A stretch of DNA of 64,000 nucleotides from Selaginella moellendorffii. Taxonomy: Eukaryota > Plantae > Lycopodiophyta. The notes under the pieces are model-generated. The model ran no database searches. It was not told the DNA's origin and saw nothing but the letters and a program-made list of their open reading frames with translations. Within the stretch, counting starts at the first letter, position 1. Each line of letters starts with the position of its first letter. The stretch is from the NCBI RefSeq assembly GCF_000143415.4, contig NW_003314267.1:1309309-1373308 (forward strand), given 5' to 3'. Positions 11,734 to 22,049 of this stretch are shown one piece after another. The translations under genes were made by a program, and so were the position numbers.

Positions 11734-11804
11734 TGAATTATGAAAAGTAATATTAAAAATTTTACCTATAATTTTTACCATAATTATGTGATTGGATTTT
11801 ATAA

Positions 11805-11878
11805 GCTGGAATAGCTCAGATGGTCAGAGCGTGTGGCTGTTAACCACAAGGTCGAAGGTTCGATCCCTCCTTCCAGCG
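11805..11878 (+). tRNA. tRNA-Asn(GTT), copy 2 (one T-stem mismatch)
   Basis: Near-identical to copy 1; T stem reads GAAGG/CCTCC. Confidence 0.88.
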
Positions 11879-11944
11879 TAAATTAAATTGAATATGGTAA
11901 ATTACAATTACAATTATTACCATAAATATGTCATTAGATTTATA

Positions 11945-11988
11945 AGCTGTTAACCACAATGTCGGAGGTTCGATCGCTTTTTCCAGCG
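11945..11988 (+). pseudogene. 5'-deleted tRNA-Asn pseudogene, copy 3
   Basis: Upstream spacer ...atttataagctg is joined directly to ttaaccacaatgtcggaggttcgatc...ttccagcg. Confidence 0.88.
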
Positions 11989-12085
11989 CAATTTTACTCT
12001 TTCAATCTTGGCGCAGCCCTAGGCAAGAAAGAAGCAATGCGCGGTAAGCATCGATCCATTCCAACTTGCCCTGGCGATTCGAGCC

Positions 12086-14497
12086 ATGGCAAGGGCCGCG
12101 GGGCAGCAGCACAAAGATCTCTCTCCCCAATGCGCGGTAAGCATGGATCCATTCCAAGCCATGGCAAGGCAACAGCAGCACAAAGACCTCTCTCCCCTGC
12201 TCGACGCGCTCAAATCGTGCAGCGCTGCCAGAGATCTCGAGAAGGGCAAGGCCGTCCACGCCGCCGCGATCCAGAGCAGTGACGACTCCAACATCTACGT
12301 CGCAAACAGCCTCGTCGCGATGTACTCCAAGTGTGGAAGCCTCGCCGATGCAAAGAGCGTCTTTGAAAGGATCTCTTCGCGCACAGTCGCCTCCTGGAAC
12401 GCGCTGATGCTTGGATACGTGGAAAACGGGCATGGAGAGCTCGCACTCGAGCTCCTCTCGCGGATGACCCACGCTCCAAACGCTCGAAGCTTTGCTATTG
12501 CAGTGAGGGCGTGCGGAATCCTGGCTGGGAGCGACGAAGAGAAGCTCGAGAGGCTCCTGGATTTGCACTCCCGAGCGGAAAAATGTGGCCTTGACTCGGA
12601 TATCTTTGTGGCGACGAGCTTGGTCGATGCTTATGTGAAGTGTCGGAGGCTCCAGAGTTCTTGCAAGGCTTTCCAGAGGAGTTTGAGGCGAGACGTGGTG
12701 CTGTGGACGGCACTGATCCTCGGATGTGTGGAGAACCACGAACACGATTTGGCTCTCGAGTTTTTCTCGTCCATGATGGCCGAAGGATGCAAGCCAAATG
12801 CTCGGACTTTTGTTGCTGCTGTCAAGGCTTGCAGTGGTTTGGCCGAGAAAGAAGGTGGCAAGGTTTTGGATGGGAGGCTTGTCAAGATGGAGGCTCTGGA
12901 AAAAGGAGTTTTTCTCCAGGCTTTGGCTGCAAAGAATGGTTTTGATACCGATGCTTTCCTGGCGAGCACTCTGATCGACATGTTTGCAAAGTGTGGGAGC
13001 ATGGTTGATGCTCGGAGGATTTTTGATGGATCGGCTCGCGGCAAAGACGTGGTTTTGTGGAACGCTTTGATGCTGGGATGCGCGGAGAATGGCGAGGAAG
13101 AAGCTGCTCTGGAGGTTTTCTACGACATGGTTGAGTTCTGTGAGCCGAATCAGCGGAGTTTTGTGGCTCTTTTCAAGGCTTGCTCGGGCTTGGCGGCCAG
13201 AGAAGCTGGACGAGATGCGGGAAAGAAGCTTGTGTGGCTTGAGAAAGCCATGGCTTTTCACTCCCGAGCGGCACAAAACGGATTTTCGGCTGAGATGTTC
13301 GTCGCCAACAGCCTTGTCGATTTGTATGCAAAGTGTGGGAGCATGGCGGACGCAAGGAGAGTTTTTGATGGGATGGAATCGTATGATTTCGTCGCATGGA
13401 ACACTCTCCTTGTTAACTACGTGGAAGACGGACAAGAACTTTTAGCTCTCGAGCTTTTCTCTGGGATAGAATCCCAGCTCCAAAGCTCCGGAGTGTTTGT
13501 CACTGCTCTCAAGGCCTGTGCTCGGTACGCAGCGAAAGAACAGGGAAAACAGATCGATGGCAAAGTTCTAAAGCTCGAGTCCTTGGAGAAAGGCATGGCT
13601 CTTCACTCGCAAGCTTTGAAGAGTGGCCTCGATCACGACGTTCACGTCTCAAGCTCGCTGGTGGACATGTACGCAAGCTGCGGGAGCTGCGACGACGCTC
13701 GGAAAGCTTTCGACGGGATGAAACATCACGACGTGGTGTCGTGGAGCACGCTGATCGACTGCTTCGCCGAGAACGGCCAAGGCAAGATCGCTCTCGGGCT
13801 GTTCTCTTCGATGCTCTGTGCGGGATTCTCACCCAACTCCCTGACTTACGTCGCAGCTCTCAAAGCTTGTGCGAGCCTGGTGGATTTCAAGGCCGGGAGC
13901 TCGATCCACGCTCAAGTTTGCCGAAGAGGCATCGAGGATGATCCCGTTCTAGCGACCTGTCTGGTGGATTTCTTCAGCAAATCCGGGGCCATGGACAAGG
14001 CTCAGGAGGTATTTGATTCGGTTCGCGAGAGAGATCTAGTGATCTGGACCGCTTTGATCTCAGGATACAGTCACCAGGGAGACACGAGCAAAACTTTTGC
14101 GCTTTTCGACGCCATGCAAGAACAGGGCTTACGTCCAAACGGCGTGACTTACGTGACCATCTTGACGGCGTGCAGCCACGCCGGGCTCGTGAAGAAAGGC
14201 CAGAGTTTGTTCGAGGGGATGACTCGTAAGCACGGGATCTCTGCAGAGATGGAGCACTACCTGTGCATGGTGGACATGCTGGGACGAGCGAACAAGCTGG
14301 AAGAAGCTCTGGCTATGACGAAGGAGATGCCCTTCCAAGCGACCGAGACGGTGTGGACGACGGTGCTGGGAGCTTGCAAGAAATGGGGCAATGTGGAGAT
14401 TGGAAAGGCTGCGTTTCAGGCCTTTGTGGACGTGGGAGGAAGCGATGCTGCAGCGTACACGCTAATGGCGAATCTGTGGAAGAGCTCAAGCCAATGA
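12086..14497 (+). CDS. PLS-class PPR protein with an E-like domain
   Basis: P-L-S triplets (ANSLVAMYSKCGS, VVLWNALMLG, PNARTFVAAVKAC); TILTACSHAGLV, HYLCMVDMLGRAN and VWTTVLGAC. Confidence 0.93.
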   Translation: MARAAGQQHKDLSPQCAVSMDPFQAMARQQQHKDLSPLLDALKSCSAARDLEKGKAVHAAAIQSSDDSNIYVANSLVAMYSKCGSLADAKSVFERISSRTVASWNALMLGYVENGHGELALELLSRMTHAPNARSFAIAVRACGILAGSDEEKLERLLDLHSRAEKCGLDSDIFVATSLVDAYVKCRRLQSSCKAFQRSLRRDVVLWTALILGCVENHEHDLALEFFSSMMAEGCKPNARTFVAAVKACSGLAEKEGGKVLDGRLVKMEALEKGVFLQALAAKNGFDTDAFLASTLIDMFAKCGSMVDARRIFDGSARGKDVVLWNALMLGCAENGEEEAALEVFYDMVEFCEPNQRSFVALFKACSGLAAREAGRDAGKKLVWLEKAMAFHSRAAQNGFSAEMFVANSLVDLYAKCGSMADARRVFDGMESYDFVAWNTLLVNYVEDGQELLALELFSGIESQLQSSGVFVTALKACARYAAKEQGKQIDGKVLKLESLEKGMALHSQALKSGLDHDVHVSSSLVDMYASCGSCDDARKAFDGMKHHDVVSWSTLIDCFAENGQGKIALGLFSSMLCAGFSPNSLTYVAALKACASLVDFKAGSSIHAQVCRRGIEDDPVLATCLVDFFSKSGAMDKAQEVFDSVRERDLVIWTALISGYSHQGDTSKTFALFDAMQEQGLRPNGVTYVTILTACSHAGLVKKGQSLFEGMTRKHGISAEMEHYLCMVDMLGRANKLEEALAMTKEMPFQATETVWTTVLGACKKWGNVEIGKAAFQAFVDVGGSDAAAYTLMANLWKSSSQ

Positions 14498-14669
14498 GTA
14501 GCTTTGCAAACGATGAAAATGGTGGTGGAGGAATCCCAGGTCAATCAACAACGTCCAGATCTTCATTCAAGCTTGCGGGTTGGCCGAGACTTCCTTGGAT
14601 TGTGGAAAGGAAATCTCCATTTAAAGTTGGAGACTTCTTCGTTTCTAGCGGAATCCATCCGTCATCACG

Positions 14670-16117
14670 ATGAGGATCGTCCTGTTGCTCGTCTCCTCCA
14701 TCTTGATTGCCGCTGCTTCTCGCAGTAACGATCGGGTGCTCAGGGATCTCGCGAAGGAGGAGCAGCAAAGATTTCTGCCGGGGATCAAGCTGGGAATGAG
14801 CAGGCTCGACAAGTGGGGATCTTTCCACTCTTTCTCGTCACTCACGCAGAGCTTTCTGGACGAGCTCCTCCACGAAGTTGTCACCCACGACTTCGCTCGA
14901 GCCCGAGCTCTCGCCAGCAGGCTCGTCTCGTCAAACTCCCCGAATCGCTCTTCTTCGGATCATCGCCATCTCGCCGAGGAAGAAGAAGTGGAGCACGACC
15001 TCGCCCAGACTCCTGTGAGCTTCACCAATGGCGGTGTCTACTACTCCAGCATCACCCTCGGCTCGCCACCCAAGGACTTCTCGCTTGTCATGGACACCGG
15101 CAGTGATCTCACCTGGGTCCGATGCGATCCTTGCTCCCCGGACTGCAGCTCCACCTTCGATCGCCTGGCTTCCAACACTTACAAGGCTCTCACTTGCGCG
15201 GATGATGTGTGCTCCTACTTGCGCCACACCGATTGCTCCAGCTCCTCCTCCTCGGCTAGCTCAGGCTGCCAGTACTCTTACGGCTATGGCGACGGCTCTT
15301 TCACTCAGGGAGATCTCTCCGTGACACGCTCAAGATGGCGGGTGCCGCGAGCGACGAGCTGGAAGAGTTCCCGGGTTTCGTGTTTGGCTGCGGCTCTCTC
15401 CTCAAGGGTCTCATCTCCGGTGAAGTTGGAATCCTCGCTCTCTCGCCCGGATCGCTCTCGTTTCCCTCCCAGATTGGAGAGAAGTATGGCAACAAGTTCT
15501 CCTACTGTCTCCTCCGGCAGACCGCCCAGAATTCGCTCAAGAAAAGCCCAATGGTTTTTGGAGAGGCCGCGGTGGAGCTCAAGGAGCCCGGCTCCGGCAA
15601 GCCCCAAGAGCTCCAGTACACGCCCATTGGCGAGAGCTCCATTTACTATACGGTCCGGCTGGATGGAATTTCGGTTGGAAACCAACGGCTGGATCTCTCC
15701 CCCAGCACATTCCTCAACGGCCAGGACAAGCCCACCATCTTCGATTCGGGGACAACGCTCACGATGCTCCCGTCCGGGGTGTGCGATTCCATCAAGCAAT
15801 CGCTGGCGTCCATGGTTTCCGGCGCGGAATTTGTGGCGATCAAGGGCCTGGATGCGTGCTTTCGTGTGCCGCCATCGTCCGGCCAGGGTCTCCCGGACAT
15901 TACGTTCCATTTCAATGGTGGTGCCGATTTTGTGACGCGTCCAAGCAACTATGTGATCGATCTGGGGAGTCTCCAGTGCTTGATCTTTGTTCCCACGAAC
16001 GAGGTGTCAATCTTTGGGAACCTCCAGCAGCAGGATTTCTTTGTGCTGCACGACATGGACAATCGGAGGATTGGATTCAAGGAGACTGACTGTGGTGCTC
16101 ATAGCCTGAGGGCTTAA
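14670..16117 (+). CDS. Secreted A1 aspartic protease (nepenthesin/CDR1-like) with a 1-bp frameshift near 15322
   Basis: Signal peptide, MDTGSDLTWVRC in one frame and FDSGTT...IFGNLQQQDF in another; one added G restores GDLSVDTLKMAG. Confidence 0.88.
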
Positions 16118-17392
16118 CTAGGATTTGTCTGGAATGTGTGAATCGTTTTTTGTATTTTCTATAATGAGAAGATGAAGCTTGGACAGATCACTAATTCTTC
16201 CCTTAAAGCTAAGCACACTCGCTTGATCGCCACAGAATCGCACACTGAAATTGACGGTAGTGTGATACTGGAGAAATTTCAATTTTTGGCTGCTATTTTG
16301 TTAACGTTGTACTTAGAAAGCTCCTGAAAATCGCAAGGATTGACAGTTTTCTTAGAATGCTCGCACAGAGAAACTCTTCCGCTTACAGGGAAGCAATTGT
16401 CGAGCAGTGCCTCCACTTCTTATAATGTACTTTTCTTCCTTCTTTCCTGAAGCGTTCTGTTTTGTTTTGCTTCCTTGGTACCATGAGGCAGCAGCAGTTC
16501 TGCTGCATGAAAAGAAGAAGCAGTTATCCGAGGCATCTTGTCTAGGGATTGTCTCCCGCTCAAACCTTGAGGTGGGGACACAATGTGCGTCACTACTGAG
16601 GTGAGCCAGCTCGCGGTACATGGAGCCGGAGTTGACGCCCCGGCTACCGTGATTCTCGACCCGTTTGTGCTTGTCAATACCGGGTCCCAGCTTGCAATTC
16701 AGAGATATGGACATGGAGCTTGGTCAAAGATCACTTTGGGTGAACAGCATCTCAACTCGTCACCGTGGAGTATGCAGGCCGTGTCGCATGACTACTACAC
16801 GCTACGAAGCTACGACCAACCGAACATCGTTTCAGAGATTACTCATTGGCTGGTGCTGGCGTGATAGAAGATATGGATCGCTACAACCATCGTGAGAACG
16901 AGGAATATGGGCTTCCATAAACAGCTGCTAAAGTCTAGCATGTTAAGATCCTCTCTTTTCCTCATGTGAGAGAGTCGTTTTTCCCATTGTCTGCCTATTT
17001 CTCCATATATCGATGGTGTCAGATGATAATGCATTGATTTTCGCAGATCTAGAACTGCACTTCGAGTCGAAAGAATGGACAATCTCGCTCTTCCAAAAAG
17101 CATCCGAATCTTCACTTTAATAAGACTTAGTAGTTCGCCGCAGCTAGGTTTGCTGCGGCGATTAGTGATATATTTCAAAGGATATCACTAATCCTTTGAA
17201 ATTAGTGATATCTCGTGTGGCTTGTTATGGAAGTTTTTCGCTATTTAAAGAGACCACGTTTAGCCTTCACAGGAATTAGGCAGCATGAGGTCTTTGAGTT
17301 TTAGAGGCAGAACGAACTTTGGCATTGGTGTTGGAAGTGGTTCCTGTGGGTGGATTATCTACTGGAGGTTAATGTTCATAGCAGCTTACAGG

Positions 17393-18064
17393 ATGGTCCA
17401 AGATACATGGAAAGACAAAGAAGAAGAAGACCAGCAACAAAAGGACAGGGAACAGGCCGATTCGCAAGAAGAAGAAGACGAAGAAAAAGAAAAAGAAGAA
17501 GAAAAAGAAGAAGAAAAAGAAGAAGAACAGAAGGGCAAGAGGAAGAGAGTAGCAAAATCATCATCTCAAAGCAAGAAAAAGAAAGTAAGTGAAGATGAAT
17601 CTCATAGTGGTGTGTCTAAGTCTGAGATGCTTCAAACTATTCTCCGGTACTGTCCTGTGTATGTGAAGCCTGCAGTAGATGTCTTCTCACTAAGTTTTAA
17701 GATTCAACCTGGGATGAATCCTTTTGAGATGTCTAAGCCAGGTTTGCTGGTCTATGAGTTGCTCCGGCGTCCAGATGCTGCAGCAAAGCTGGCCCCGGCG
17801 GGTCTCGACCCCGTGCATGACATCCAATTGCGGCACGACGCTGATGGTATTTATAACGCTCAACTGGTAGAGAGGATTTCCAAGATGCTGAACAAGTTGA
17901 AAAACTATTTCCCCGACAGTGAGGACAAACTCAAGGGAACACCATATGCCGGATCCAGTTCAGGAGACATGTCTTACAACATCGATACTGACCGTACTCT
18001 GGAGGAGATAACCGGGAGCTTTGACAAAGCTGCCAAACAGGGCTGCACTTGCCGGGAGTATTAG
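17393..18064 (+). CDS. Hypothetical protein with a Glu/Lys-rich tract and a basic NLS-like segment
   Basis: Long open frame (ORF from 17285); GAA-rich repeat at 17467-17528; KGKRKRV and SKKKK; no family recognised. Confidence 0.45.
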   Translation: MVQDTWKDKEEEDQQQKDREQADSQEEEDEEKEKEEEKEEEKEEEQKGKRKRVAKSSSQSKKKKVSEDESHSGVSKSEMLQTILRYCPVYVKPAVDVFSLSFKIQPGMNPFEMSKPGLLVYELLRRPDAAAKLAPAGLDPVHDIQLRHDADGIYNAQLVERISKMLNKLKNYFPDSEDKLKGTPYAGSSSGDMSYNIDTDRTLEEITGSFDKAAKQGCTCREY

Positions 18065-18200
18065 CATCGTTTTTAAAATACGCTTTAGATGAGACGATTG
18101 TCTTTTAAAAGCTCATCCTAAATTTAAAAAACTAAGTCAATTTGACTTAAGCAGTGTTTTTGACTAAAGATTTTGACCAACTTTGAATTAGGGTTCACTC

Positions 18201-18968
18201 ATGAACAGGGGACTGGAGGGCCGTGTGGCGATCGTCACCGGGGCGTCCCGCGGCATTGGGCGCGAGATAGCGCTCACGCTCGCCTCCTACGGCGCCAGCA
18301 TCGTCATCGGCTACCAGAAGAATGTCGCGCAGGCCGAGGAGGTCGCCTCCCAGATCCAGTCGCTCCACGGCCAAGATCGCGCGCTCATCGTCCAGGTCGA
18401 GGTAAGCCGCGAGTCCGATGTGAAATTCCTCTTCGATGCCGCCGAGAGCCACTTCAAGAAGAAGCCCCACATCCTCGTCAACGCTGCCGGGGTTTTGCTC
18501 TCCACTTATCCCAAGCTGGAAGAAACCTCTCTCGAGGATTGGGACTGGGTGTTCTCGGTGAACACGAAGGGGTGTTTCATGGCTTGCAAGGAGGCTGCCA
18601 AGCGCCTGGACGATCGCGGCGGCGGAAGGATCGTCAACATCACGTCCACAGTGGTGGCGAATTTGCCACTGGGCTACGGAGCTTATGCCGCGAGCAAGGC
18701 TGCCGTGGAGACTTTCACCAAGATCCTCGCCAAGGAAGTTGGGGCGAGGAAGATCACTGCGAACTGTGTAGCTCCCGGGCCTGTCGCGAGTGAGCTCTTC
18801 TTTGAGGGCAAGAGCGAGGAGATGATCCAGCGATTCGTGGATCAAACGCCACTCAAGAGGCTCGGGGAAGTCAAGGATATTGTGGAGATGGTTGCGTTGA
18901 TCGTGAGCGATGCTGGCGAGTGGCTTAATGGCCAGGTGGTAAGGCTCAATGGTGGCTTGGCTATGTAA
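18201..18968 (+). CDS. Short-chain dehydrogenase/reductase (NADPH aldehyde reductase / FabG-like)
   Basis: TGASRGIG, LVNAAG, YAASK catalytic motif and NCVAPGP. Confidence 0.95.
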   Translation: MNRGLEGRVAIVTGASRGIGREIALTLASYGASIVIGYQKNVAQAEEVASQIQSLHGQDRALIVQVEVSRESDVKFLFDAAESHFKKKPHILVNAAGVLLSTYPKLEETSLEDWDWVFSVNTKGCFMACKEAAKRLDDRGGGRIVNITSTVVANLPLGYGAYAASKAAVETFTKILAKEVGARKITANCVAPGPVASELFFEGKSEEMIQRFVDQTPLKRLGEVKDIVEMVALIVSDAGEWLNGQVVRLNGGLAM

Positions 18969-18977
18969 AGAAGCTAT

Positions 18978-19350
18978 ATCACTAAGAATACGGTTTTCGT
19001 TCTAGCAATCTGGAAGCTCTGCGAAATCTTGTCGCTCTGTGTCTTGGCAAATCTCCATGGAGTAGCGAGCTCTGGTGGACATGCCAGGACATCCACTGGC
19101 TTCTTCGTGGAGCTCCTCAAGTTGGAGCCATTGGAGCCACGACGTATCAAGAACAAGCTAAATGTCGTCTCCAAACATCCGAGAAAACGAAGCTCCATCA
19201 ATGCAAAGATGACAAAGGAGAAGACCCGGACCATAACAAAACATAAGACGAAAAGAAGAAAGAAAAAGGAATACTTACTGCCAAAAGTGATCATTGATGA
19301 ATCACCGTGAGTGAGATTTTTGGAGCACATTCCGGTGGTGGGATTCCTGA
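18978..19350. pseudogene. Rearranged fragment of the MHX 5' region
   Basis: About 19040-19120 matches 42021-42138 forward with deletions; about 19130-19350 matches 42390-42690 inverted. Confidence 0.85.
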
Positions 19351-22049
19351 TTCCCGTCTGAGCAAGTCTAACATTGAGCTAGATTAGAAGAAAAGTACAA
19401 ATATAATAGCGAGAACTTATGATTCTTTAAGGATCATTGTAAATCAGACAGAGTAATCTCACATGTTTGAACTCCTTGTCAGGCTTAGGTGGTTGATCAG
19501 ATCTATAATGTTGTTCTTGTTGCTACTGCCGTTCATCATCATCATGAAGAAATTGCCAGTGGTTGCTTGCAATTGTTATGTTTTTCTCTTTCCACCTCTA
19601 CTTGGTATTTTGAGATTGTTCTTGCCCATACCACTAGTGGCACTTGTTATCAGAACCATCATCACTACCTCCTGGTGCTGATGACATACAGTTTAGGCCA
19701 GTTATGCCAAAGAAAGCCATAAACATGACTCTATAGGTCAGCCAACTTTACTTCATGTAATAAATGTCTTTCAGATATACATTTTTAGTATATTTCTCAA
19801 TTTCTTCTTCAGGTATCTTCGATTAAAACGTTTCGTTACACGGGGGGGGGGCGGGTGACATGGATAGGGAACCTGAGTTAGGTGGGATGTACAAGGAGTG
19901 GAGATTGGAGTCTCGGTCCAGGCCATGGGACAAGAACGGTGGGTGATTTGGAAGCCATTCTAAGGGCACACATACACGAATCTCGGCAATGGTATCAACA
20001 TGGTGGAGGTTGTTGTTAGCAATGGTCCAGATATGCTACTCTCCAAAAAAGGAACAAGCCAGAGCAACTAAGTGGTGGATCTCATGCTTTAAAACACAAA
20101 TAGAGGAGGGACTATTATGGCAATGGAAACCTCTAGACAGGGTGTTAAAGGTGGCATGTGGAGGAGACATAGAGCTAGATAGGATAAGACCAAGCCCCCC
20201 TCTTCTTCTGGGGATGACAATTAAGGAGGGGCTTGTGTGAAGGAGGGAAGAATGATATGAATTAGCCTAAAGGGCTTTACAACCAAGCAATTACCCCCAT
20301 GTATATCCATTCTCAATCTCCCTGAAGGACCAATATGAAAGAGCAAGAGTAACACCTTGATAATTTGGGCTAGATTGCATTCTTTCCTTCAACTAGAGAA
20401 GAAAATCCTAACCAACTATTTTAAAGAAATTTTAAAATACAAGAATATTTTATAATATTCTTCCAAAATATTATAGTATTCTATAACTGGCAAAAAGGCA
20501 AATGCTTAATTATAAAGACTGGTTCATATAAAGGATAAAGTATCTTTTCAAAGTATATTTCTCTTTACTCTTTTATGTTTGTTCTTAGATGCACAAGAGT
20601 TCACCTGTGGCAAAGTGGGCTTTACAATTCATTGATGATATGTTTTAAAGACATTAAGAATATGGCTGTCTAATAAAAATTGGAAAATCTTTAGATGACT
20701 GCTTAAGTGCATGAACTTCAGACTGAAGACCACTTGAAAGATGCATTCCTTATGGCTGTAATTTTCATTAACACAATTAATCACGTTGTTTTAAATGACT
20801 TGAAATATATGTAGCTCACTTTTAAAATTTTAACTGGATTCAGTTAAATATAAACCAATATACAGTCCATGTGGCACATAAAAATTAGTTACACAGAATT
20901 AACAATCACTCACCAATGATTGCCATCGATCGATCGTGGAACACAAAGCCACTTTGTCACAAATTCAGCCAGTATAATGGTCCAAGATCAAGTGCTCATA
21001 TGTGACATCACTCTATTCGTAAGGAACTTAGTTGGCCAATACAGCCATGCACATTGGATTCTAAGGTTCTAGAAGTTATTTTAGAGTATGTTTCTTTTTC
21101 TTATTGATTCCTTATAAATTATTTTTTATGCAATTGGTGAGTTAAAAAATCCTCCAAAAGTCAAAGACACTAATAAGGATTATAAAGTTGAATGTAGCTT
21201 TTCAATGGTAATTAGCAAGGATTTACTAGTTAGACCATCCAAACAATTAGTCTAGATTCTAATGGATAATGGAGGTTTAGGATTAGTTTCAATTCCTAGG
21301 TGACAATGCAATCACCAACTCAAGGAGGGTTTAAAGTAGATAAAAAGCTAGTTTTTAATATTATTGACAACTTGAAAGGTAAAATAATAAGCTTTAGAGC
21401 ACATGATGATAATTTTGCCTATGAGATCAAAATTTAACATGTTTATGAAGCATTAACTCAAGATAAAGAGTAAAGCTTTCCCTTTTAGTTGTAATTTTAT
21501 CTTCATATATCTCCCAAGATTTTAAGGATTCACAATGACAACATATCCAAATTCCATTTTATGATCACATGTGTTACATTTTCCATTATGTGCATTGCAC
21601 ATAAGTTTAGATGGGGTGTAAAAGCTCATTTACAATGACAAGTTCTTTTTCCCCCATTTTTTGCAATTTATTTTAATGCAGCTACAATGAAAAGAACTCA
21701 AAGAATGTTCATTTGGAAAGGTGAATAAAGTTGAGTTATTTTGATATGACTAATGTAGAGCAAGGTGATAAAGATGGCACATATATACTACTGTTTGTGA
21801 ATTTAAGATTTGGTGGTTTGAAGCTTTATATAAAATTTTAAAAGTTAAAGAAAGCTAGTCTTAGAGACCTAAGAGAGATACTTGAAGGTAATCTGGATGA
21901 CTTCCAATGTGGGTTAAATAGGAAGAAAATAAAAGGCTGGGTTAAGTTAAATATCTTTTGTAGAATGTGCTTAAAACCATTGAAACTTATGGTTATATAA
22001 ATAGATTTAGAGAAATACTTTCTACAACTTAGCTCCCCTATACTTGAAA

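Noticed and set aside
11600-11995. Repeat-spacer pattern resembling a CRISPR array
   Set aside because: The repeats are tRNA genes, the spacers are homologous to each other, there are no cas genes and the context is eukaryotic
12002-13435. 477-aa minus-strand ORF
   Set aside because: Antisense shadow of the PPR gene
19839-19851. CAC followed by ten G as a possible TIR of the RAG-like element
   Set aside because: No matching inverted end or TSD found by eye
20400-22000. RAG2-like partner, i.e. a ProtoRAG-like arrangement
   Set aside because: No kelch-repeat or PHD signal seen; the only motif is MULE-like
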